NCBI GenBank assembly: GCA_037441775.1
Contig: JBBIRO010000007.1
Coordinates: 46,197-110,196, forward strand
DNA length: 64,000 nucleotides
From: Syntrophobacterales bacterium
GTDB taxonomy: Bacteria; Desulfobacterota; Syntrophia; Syntrophales; CAMTWB01
Reading direction: 5' to 3'
This document shows, in pieces, positions 57,894-64,000 of this stretch. Position numbers and translations under genes: made by a program. The notes under the pieces were generated by a model that was not told where the DNA came from, did not search any database, and saw only the letters and a list, made by a program, of their open reading frames with translations. The first letter of the stretch is position 1, and every line of letters starts with the position of its first letter.

Positions 57894-58079
57894 TCAGGCG
57901 AGCTTTTCTGCGGCTATTACCTCGCGTCCCTTGTAAAAACCGCAATGGGAGCAGAGCCGGTGGGGCATCTTGGGTTTGGTGCATTGCGGGCAGGCGCTGG
58001 TCTGAGCCGCAGTGATCGCATCATGGGCCCGGCGCATGTTTCTTCTGGTTCTCGAATGTCTCTTTACTGGATTTGGCAT
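57894..58079 (-). CDS. rpmF: 50S ribosomal protein L32
   Basis: MPNPVKRHSRTRRNMRRAHD...CPQC...CSHCG is canonical L32 with a zinc ribbon. Confidence 0.9.
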   Translation of the reverse strand: MPNPVKRHSRTRRNMRRAHDAITAAQTSACPQCTKPKMPHRLCSHCGFYKGREVIAAEKLA

Positions 58080-58108
58080 AATATTCTTCCTCGTTTTTTT
58101 CTGTTTTT

Positions 58109-58732
58109 TTAGGAGGTCCTTATCTTGTAATCTTTTAGTGCGGAAAAAACAGTATTTGCCGGTTCCGTCGGGCAAACACAAGCGTCGTTATTGAGATTTG
58201 CCCCGCAGCGCAGGCAGAGTCCCTGGCAGTCTTCACGGCACAGAGGCTTCATGGGCAACTGCAGGACTACCTGTTCGAAAATGATTGGTTCCATATCCAA
58301 CAGATCGTCCCGGTAAAAAATTGTGTCCACATCATCGGCCGTCAGCTCTTCCCGATCATGTTCTTCCTGGGACTCCGGAATCAGGATATACCTGAAATCC
58401 GCCCTGATTGGTATTACGGCATCTTCCAGGCAGCGGCAGCAGCTCAAAGTGGCCGTGGTTTCCAGGCTGCCAGCGAGGATCTTGGTTCCCTGGGCCTGGA
58501 TAAGCTCACAGTCAACCGTCAGCGCATCCAGTTGCAATCCCGGTTCGGATTCGCTCAGCAGATGGAGAAACCAGTTCTTGTCTAAATTGAACCGGAAAGA
58601 TCTCCTTTCCTGTTGAATATTGAGATGGATCTTCAATTTGTCCACGGCATCAATGACGGCGGTCAGGCAAATGGTCCTGCCTTTGCAACCAATAACCATT
58701 TTGTTTTCTCGGGAAATATTGTATAGGCGCAA
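58109..58732 (-). CDS. yceD: YceD family (DUF177) large-subunit rRNA accumulation protein
   Basis: Lies upstream of rpmF, the conserved pairing. C-terminal cysteine motif CREDCQGLCLRCGANLN. The start is uncertain (ATG 58732 or 58699). Confidence 0.8.
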   Translation of the reverse strand: MRLYNISRENKMVIGCKGRTICLTAVIDAVDKLKIHLNIQQERRSFRFNLDKNWFLHLLSESEPGLQLDALTVDCELIQAQGTKILAGSLETTATLSCCRCLEDAVIPIRADFRYILIPESQEEHDREELTADDVDTIFYRDDLLDMEPIIFEQVVLQLPMKPLCREDCQGLCLRCGANLNNDACVCPTEPANTVFSALKDYKIRTS

Positions 58733-58903
58733 TCAGGGTATTTCCTAATCTAATACCCGTTAGCCGGCCAACTGATTACCCGTAATTAAAGGCGCGAACC
58801 TAATTATAAAAACGTCCCATTGTCAAGGGATTATTTTTGTTTTTGCATCTGGGCCGTACTATTAGTAAAAATACCTGGACAAAGCAAGCCTTAAAATGAA
58901 ATT

Positions 58904-59467
58904 ATGCGACGATTCAATGGGTTCATGGGGGCAGATGCGATGAGTTGTAATCCGGATGTTATAAAATTGATTCTGGTCTCCCGGGAGAAATGTAATGGCT
59001 GCCGTCGTTGCGAGCTGGTCTGTTCCCTCAAGCACTTTGGCCTGTTCGCGCCGGCCTATTCCCGGATTCGGGTGCTTAAGATCAATAATTCGTATCTCCC
59101 CAGCCTTTGCGGCGCCTGCGAAGACGCGCCCTGCATCAAGGTATGCCCGGTCAACGCCAGGTTGCGGCTGGAAAACCAGGCGGTGGATACCGATGATGAC
59201 CGCTGCATCGGCTGCCGGGCCTGCGGCTATGTCTGTCCCTTCATGGCCCCGGTAATATCACCGGCCACAAATAAATCGATCACCTGTGACTTGTGTTTTG
59301 ACGACCCGGCGGGTCCCTGGTGCGTCGCGGCCTGCCGGGAAGCGGGGGCCTTGCAATTTGTGCCCATGAGGACGGCGGCCCGATCGCGGGCCAATTTTGG
59401 GGCTCAATTTTGGAAAAAGGTGATCAACAGGACCAGGGGCAACTGCTTACGGGGGCAATACCTATGA
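58904..59467 (+). CDS. 4Fe-4S ferredoxin-type polyferredoxin subunit (four Cys clusters; DmsB/AorA-like)
   Basis: CNGCRRCELVC, CGACEDAPCIKVCP, CIGCRACGYVCP and CDLC...CVAAC. The start is uncertain (several in-frame Met). Confidence 0.8.
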   Translation: MRRFNGFMGADAMSCNPDVIKLILVSREKCNGCRRCELVCSLKHFGLFAPAYSRIRVLKINNSYLPSLCGACEDAPCIKVCPVNARLRLENQAVDTDDDRCIGCRACGYVCPFMAPVISPATNKSITCDLCFDDPAGPWCVAACREAGALQFVPMRTAARSRANFGAQFWKKVINRTRGNCLRGQYL

Positions 59468-60750
59468 AGATATTGATTGCCGGAGGCGGGATCGCCGGAC
59501 ACGAGGTGGCGGCCAGTCTTGCCGCTAAAAATGGATTGGAGATAACGATCCTTTCGGCAGAAAAACACTTTGAGTACGATCCCTGCAGCTTGCCCTACTA
59601 TATCGGAGGTGTTATCCCCCGTAAATCGGTATTTCGCAAGGATTCGTCTTTCTATCAAGCTGGAAATATAAGGATTTATTTGGACTGTCCCGTTGCGGCG
59701 ATCGACAGCGCGCGCGGAGCCGCAATCTCACGCGGAGGCGAGACCTTTTCCTACGACAAGCTGATTCTGGCCCATGGGGGCAACCTGTTCATTCCCTCCA
59801 TTCCCGGCATTCATCAAGAGGGGGTTTTTGATTGTAAGAGTCTAGATCAGGCGGATATGCTCGCCCGGCACCGAGGTAACCGGGCTCTGGTCATCGGCTC
59901 CGGTGCCATCGGCATTGAGGTGGCCGAAGCCCTTAAGCGCCGAAGTTACGAGGTGACTGTTGTTGAGGTTTTACCCTGGGTGCTTCCCGCCCTGTTCGAT
60001 GAGCCAGCTGGCCGCCGCCTGGAGCGAGCGCTCAAAGATTGCGGTATTCAGGTGTTTACCGGTGAAAGGGTGCTGGCCGTCAATGGCGGTGGCAAGGTAA
60101 CCGGGGTCACAACCGACAAGAGAGAAATTCCCTGCGACACTGTTGTTCTGGCCACTGGCGTTGTTCCCGGCAGGGCCCTTGCGGAAACGGCTGGGATTAA
60201 GGTCAACCGGGGCATTTTGGTTGATGACCGGATGGCAACGAGTGTGGCCAATATTTATGCCTGCGGCGATTGCGTTGAAACTCCCGATGCCTGTACCGGC
60301 GACCTGGGACTGTATCAGCTTAAGCACAACGCCCTCGACCAGGCCGCAGTGGTGGCTGGGAATATTATGGGACGGGATTTACGTTACGCCGGCGCCTACG
60401 TTTTCGCCAGGGCGCATTTTTTTGACACCCATGCGGTAACCTTTGGCAAGACGCTTCGGAGCCTCAAGTGCGCCCCGGAAGCCCTCAATGTTATTGAAAG
60501 GTCTAAAGGCAAAGACTACCTGCAGGTAATTCTCCAGAACGATGTTATTGTCGGCGGCCAGGCGATAGGTGGATTTGCCGATTTGATCGGCCCAATTATG
60601 GCGGCCATGTGGCGACGGGAAAAAATCATTTCCCTGCCGGAATACTCAGCGGAAAAAACCAAGGCGCTGTCCGGCTTCCCCTGGATGCGCGAGAAGGTAA
60701 ACTCGCTGCTTGCCGACTTTGGCGCCAATGATCAACTAAGCTCACTATAA
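59464..60750 (+). CDS. FAD-dependent pyridine nucleotide-disulfide oxidoreductase family protein (AorC/NADH-oxidase-like)
   Basis: The ATG at 59464 overlaps the ferredoxin stop (ATGA). MKILIAGGGIAGHE (FAD) and ALVIGSGAIGIEVAE (NAD(P)) Rossmann motifs, plus IYACGDC. Confidence 0.8.
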   Translation: MKILIAGGGIAGHEVAASLAAKNGLEITILSAEKHFEYDPCSLPYYIGGVIPRKSVFRKDSSFYQAGNIRIYLDCPVAAIDSARGAAISRGGETFSYDKLILAHGGNLFIPSIPGIHQEGVFDCKSLDQADMLARHRGNRALVIGSGAIGIEVAEALKRRSYEVTVVEVLPWVLPALFDEPAGRRLERALKDCGIQVFTGERVLAVNGGGKVTGVTTDKREIPCDTVVLATGVVPGRALAETAGIKVNRGILVDDRMATSVANIYACGDCVETPDACTGDLGLYQLKHNALDQAAVVAGNIMGRDLRYAGAYVFARAHFFDTHAVTFGKTLRSLKCAPEALNVIERSKGKDYLQVILQNDVIVGGQAIGGFADLIGPIMAAMWRREKIISLPEYSAEKTKALSGFPWMREKVNSLLADFGANDQLSSL

Positions 60751-61296
60751 GCCAAGCTCGTCACTTATGTTTTGCATGGCGAGAAGTCCCAGGGCGACAA
60801 ATTCTTCTAAACTCAGACCGATTGCGGCGCAGCAACCGATCTGTTGCCGGTTGGCTCCGCGGGCAAATCCCTTTTCCCGAAAGCGTGCCAAAACGAACTC
60901 GGGGGTTACCGGGGCCAATGATTTTTCCTTTCGGATCAGAGCCGCCGCGGTAATCAGGCCCGTCAAGGGATCAACCGCATAGAGCGCCTGTTCGAGCAGG
61001 CTTTCACGGGGCACGCCGTGGTAGTCATTGTGGGTTAGGACGGCCTGGACGATTTCGCTGTCAATGCCCAATTGCGCTAGGATTTGACTGCCTTCTTTAG
61101 AATGGCGGGCCGGATCATCTTTCGTAGAGTCGTAATCGATATCGTGGAGGAGACCGGCCATTCTCCATTTTGTCTCATCTTCCCCCAAATGCACCGCCAG
61201 TGCCCCCATAATGGCTTCCGTGGCTAGTGAATGTTTCAGTAGATTGGTGTTGCTTACATGTCTTGTAAGCTGGTTAAAAGCATCTTGCCTGGTCAT
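60745..61296 (-). CDS. HD-domain metal-dependent phosphohydrolase
   Basis: LKHSLATEAIMGALA...AGLLHDIDY gives an H...HD signature. 183 aa. Confidence 0.75.
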   Translation of the reverse strand: MTRQDAFNQLTRHVSNTNLLKHSLATEAIMGALAVHLGEDETKWRMAGLLHDIDYDSTKDDPARHSKEGSQILAQLGIDSEIVQAVLTHNDYHGVPRESLLEQALYAVDPLTGLITAAALIRKEKSLAPVTPEFVLARFREKGFARGANRQQIGCCAAIGLSLEEFVALGLLAMQNISDELGL

Positions 61297-61388
61297 GCTA
61301 TCTTCTCCTTAAGAGCGCCCAATGGGATCATGTTGTGCCGTTAAAGATTCAGCTACAGGTGGTCAGACAACTAAGTATCCGCCATGTT

Positions 61389-61432
61389 CACCATCACCGT
61401 AAACCCTCTACCCTCCTCAATGGAGAGGGGGG
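61389..61432 (-). repeat. dispersed intergenic repeat, copy C (CACCATCACCGTAAACCCTCT..CCTCAATGGAG)
   Basis: Aligns by eye with 33104-33137 and with the reverse complement of 42026-42063. Confidence 0.6.
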
Positions 61433-61510
61433 TCATTATAGCTTTTGCCGACATGATAATGAACCGCCGCCACTCAGGACTGAACCTTCACCGCTGCCAA
61501 AACTTTTCCC

Positions 61511-61539
61511 TTGACTAAATGCCGGGCAGTTTTTATATG
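61511..61539 (+). promoter_or_regulatory. candidate sigma-70 promoter for the ACT-domain gene
   Basis: TTGACT (61511-61516), 17-nt spacer, TATATG (61534-61539). The start codon at 61593 is preceded by AAGGAGG. Confidence 0.3.
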
Positions 61540-61592
61540 TTGGCAGCCGCTGTATACTGGGAATACCATCTTTTATCAAGGAGGAACCCGTT

Positions 61593-62024
61593 ATGCTATT
61601 AAAACAGCTATCCGTATTCATAGAAAATTCACCGGGCAGGCTTTTTGAGGTGACCAGCGCCTTGGGAGAGGCCGGAATAAACCTGAGGGCATTGAGCCTG
61701 GTGGACAAGGGTGATTTCGGGGTTTTGCGGCTCCTGGTTCCCGATGTCGTAACCGCCCGACGGATCATGATGGAAAAACAGCTTCCCGCCCGGGTGGACG
61801 ATGTGGTAGCCGTCGAGATCGAAGATAAACCGGGCTCTCTGGCGGAGATACTGAAACCATTGACCACGGCGCATGTCAATGTTCAGTACATGTACGCCTT
61901 TATTGGTTTCCGCGGTGGCAAGGCAATAATGATCTTTCACTTCAGCGACAACAAAAAGGCAATCGCGATACTTCAGAAGCAAGGTATCCGGCTGCTCGAT
62001 GCCCAATCCTTCGCCACAACTTAA
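61593..62024 (+). CDS. tandem ACT-domain (amino-acid-binding) protein
   Basis: MLLKQLSVFIENSPGRLFEVTSALGEAGINLRAL and a second half VAVEIEDKPGSLAEILKPLTTAHVNVQYMYAF give two ACT-like units. Confidence 0.75.
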   Translation: MLLKQLSVFIENSPGRLFEVTSALGEAGINLRALSLVDKGDFGVLRLLVPDVVTARRIMMEKQLPARVDDVVAVEIEDKPGSLAEILKPLTTAHVNVQYMYAFIGFRGGKAIMIFHFSDNKKAIAILQKQGIRLLDAQSFATT

Positions 62025-62096
62025 TCCAAAGCGCCACATGCCGGAGCGGCATCCTAAATCTCAGCAATGCTTCCTGCCGGGCAACCAGGCTTGATT

Positions 62097-62250
62097 GAGC
62101 GATAAAAACTCCGTAAAGCCGCAATATTCTAACGGCGCGGAAAAAGTTCCCAGGCCAGGCGCGCAAATCACGAGAAATGAGGCGTACTTTACCTGCGCCT
62201 TGAGTGACGAGTGATGCAGCGCCGAAGCATTCGGACTTTATACCTTGTCG
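62097..62250 (-). repeat. MITE-like element, long copy F (inverted relative to copy E), abutting the IclR-gene stop codon
   Basis: The reverse complement GACGACAAGGTATAAAGTCCGAATGCTT...TCGTCACT...AGGTAAAGTACGCCTCATT...GATTTGCGCGC...CTTTACGGAG aligns along its length with 49293-49460. Confidence 0.65.
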
Positions 62251-63042
62251 TCAGGCTTGACTGTCCAGAAGCAATTTTAGCTCCGCGGCAGCGTTAAGGA
62301 CGGACTTTGCAGCAAGCTCCAGCCGTTGGTCTGAAAGCGAACCGCTAAAGCCGACCAGCCAGAGCAAGAGCGGCAGACCTCGCTTGTTTCCCAAGGCCAC
62401 GGCCACTGCCCTGATACCAGGCAGGTACTCCTCATCATCTAGCGCGTATCCCAGCTGTCTCACCCTTTGAAGTTCCGCCAGATAGGCATCCGGTTCCGTA
62501 ATGGATTGGGAGGTGAATTTACGCAACCCCTGCTTCCTCGCCAGTTTCATTGCCTCCTCATCACTGCGGGATGCCAGTAGAGCCTTACCCACCGCACCGG
62601 CCAAGAGAGGGATGGATGTGCCGGAAGGAGATGCTATCGTGAGGGCATTCATGGATTCCGCGGCAGCGATTATCACTACCCGGTAAGAGACCTGAAAACC
62701 AAGAAAAACCGTCTCCCCCGTCTGATCGCGCAGAGCCGCCAGGCGCGGTTCCGCCAGGTCCCGCAGCCGGAAAACATTCCAGTTGGAAAAGGCCAGCTCA
62801 AAAATAGCGGGTCCCAAATGAAAAGCCGGGCTGTCCGGGTTGTGAACCAGTATTCCCAAATCCAAGAGAGCCTTAGTTATGCCATGCGCGGAGCTTTTGC
62901 TCAAGTTGCCCTGGCGGGCCAGTTCACTGAGGCTCAGCCCTTGAGGACTGCGGGCGATGATTTCAAGCAAACCGAAGGCCCGTTGAACAGCGGGCGCCCG
63001 GTATTGTTTGTGGCAACCGTTGCTTTCCATATTGTTCTCCAT
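62251..63042 (-). CDS. IclR family transcriptional regulator
   Basis: N-terminal wHTH (VQRAFGLLEIIARSPQGLSLSELARQGNLSKSSAHGITKAL) plus a C-terminal IclR effector domain. The ATG at 63042 or 63030 is preferred; the track ORF begins at TTG 63108. Confidence 0.85.
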   Translation of the reverse strand: MENNMESNGCHKQYRAPAVQRAFGLLEIIARSPQGLSLSELARQGNLSKSSAHGITKALLDLGILVHNPDSPAFHLGPAIFELAFSNWNVFRLRDLAEPRLAALRDQTGETVFLGFQVSYRVVIIAAAESMNALTIASPSGTSIPLLAGAVGKALLASRSDEEAMKLARKQGLRKFTSQSITEPDAYLAELQRVRQLGYALDDEEYLPGIRAVAVALGNKRGLPLLLWLVGFSGSLSDQRLELAAKSVLNAAAELKLLLDSQA

Positions 63043-63187
63043 ACTGAACGTTACCGCTTTTATATCACGATATGGCCCGCTGTCAACCACAGATATTAAA
63101 GTAGCCAATATTTACCACGATCAAACAAAAATATCTTAAATAGCTTGCAGTTGCTTCTTTATGCGTGAGCGGAGGCAATAATAATTC

Positions 63188-63215
63188 TTGACAATCCGGT
63201 TTTTTTTGTTATTCT
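63188..63215 (+). promoter_or_regulatory. candidate sigma-70 promoter for the small ORF + AOR transcription unit
   Basis: TTGACA (63188-63193), 16-nt T-rich spacer, TATTCT (63210-63215), in the divergent IclR/AOR intergenic region. Confidence 0.35.
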
Positions 63216-63260
63216 GGAGATAAGCAACAAAGTTCACCTTGATGAACATGGAGGCAATCA

Positions 63261-63503
63261 ATGAAAATCGGAAAAATTATGGAGGGTCCCCGGGACGGTG
63301 AAGTCAGGTGCCTGTCCTGTTTTACCCGTTTTTGGCCTCAGCCGGGGGCGCAACAGGCGAGCTGTCCCAATTGCGCGATTGAGTGGCGCATTTCCTGGCC
63401 CTACCCGAAAACGGCGAAGATCCGGGGGCCGGTATGGGAGACCTACCCGCGAGATTTGAAAGACAACGCTCGGAATGACGCCAAGCCGCCCAAGGAAAGC
63501 TAA
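63261..63503 (+). CDS. small zinc-ribbon-like protein (CxxC...CxxC), unknown function
   Basis: GGAGG lies upstream of the ATG. 80 aa with CLSC...CPNC. Ends 13 nt before the AOR start codon. Confidence 0.45.
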   Translation: MKIGKIMEGPRDGEVRCLSCFTRFWPQPGAQQASCPNCAIEWRISWPYPKTAKIRGPVWETYPRDLKDNARNDAKPPKES

Positions 63504-63516
63504 GAAAGGAGTCTGT

Positions 63517-64000
63517 ATGGCTTTAAATAGAAAAATTGCCTATATTGATCTTACCTCGGGGAAGATCGAAACCGCCTCAATCCCGGTCTCATGGCGAAAG
63601 AAGTTCCTGGGCGGCCGGGGACTCGACGCCTATCTGCTCTACAAAAACGTCCCTGCCGGCTGTGACCCGCTGGGGCCGGACAATGCGTTGATCATAAGCG
63701 CCGGCCTCCTGGTGGGAACCATGGCCTCAGCCTCGGCCCGAACCCACATCATGGCCAAGTCGCCTTTGACCAATTACTTAGGCTCGGCCAACATGGGCGG
63801 TTTTTTCGCCCCGGAGATGCGCTGGGCCGGTTTTGACCACTTGGTGATCCGGGGTCGCGCCGAGCGGCCCGTCTATATCTACATTCATGATGGCGAGATT
63901 GAAATTCGCAATGCGGAGCGTCTCTGGGGTCAGGGCGTCTATGAAACCCAGAAAATTATCAGAGAACTTTTGGGCGACGAGGAGACCCAGTCGTTATGTA
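63517..64000 (+). CDS. aldehyde:ferredoxin oxidoreductase family tungsten enzyme, N-terminal part (3' end outside window)
   Basis: Not in the ORF track because it is open-ended. AAGGAG at 63507-63512, ATG at 63517. MALNRKIAYIDLTSGKIETASIP...FLGGRGLDAYLL...AKSPLTNYLGSANMGGFFAPEMRWAGFDHLVIRG matches the AOR N-terminal domain. Confidence 0.85.
   Translation, partial: MALNRKIAYIDLTSGKIETASIPVSWRKKFLGGRGLDAYLLYKNVPAGCDPLGPDNALIISAGLLVGTMASASARTHIMAKSPLTNYLGSANMGGFFAPEMRWAGFDHLVIRGRAERPVYIYIHDGEIEIRNAERLWGQGVYETQKIIRELLGDEETQSLC

Overview
Chromosomal window, mostly conserved housekeeping genes. The gene order resembles Desulfobacterota (Geobacter/Syntrophus-like); this is inference from gene content only. 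Recognisable blocks, in order: dxr-rseP-tsaB; a tungsten-type aldehyde:ferredoxin oxidoreductase (AOR) followed by two beta-grasp genes; rapZ-ptsN-hpf-rpoN-lptBAC-kdsCA; a TPR protein and a XerC/D recombinase; hrpA; relA/spoT; proS-ispG; a PurF-like gene; aminotransferase-coaD-rsmD-asd-pssA-psd; epmA-efp-epmB; selB; rpsT; lptE-leuS; trkHA; nusB-ribH-ribBA-ribE-nrdR; dCMP deaminase-glyA-rpiB; fabF-acpP-fabG-fabD-rpmF-yceD. The window ends with an FeS/FAD oxidoreductase pair, HD, ACT and IclR genes, and a second AOR cut by the window edge. The only accessory-looking stretch is about 37.5-42.1 kb. It holds IS3-type transposase and histidine-kinase remnants, a four-gene minor-pilin operon with a consensus sigma-54 promoter, and clustered dispersed repeats. 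Most interesting: an orphan 382-aa ORF (33445-34593) that looks eRF1/Pelota-like and carries a GGQ tripeptide, next to the EF-P modification genes. Also notable: a PurF paralogue that has lost its glutaminase residues, a MITE-like repeat family with terminal inverted repeats, and an AorA/AorC-like pair separated from its AOR gene. No rRNA, tRNA or CRISPR was seen.
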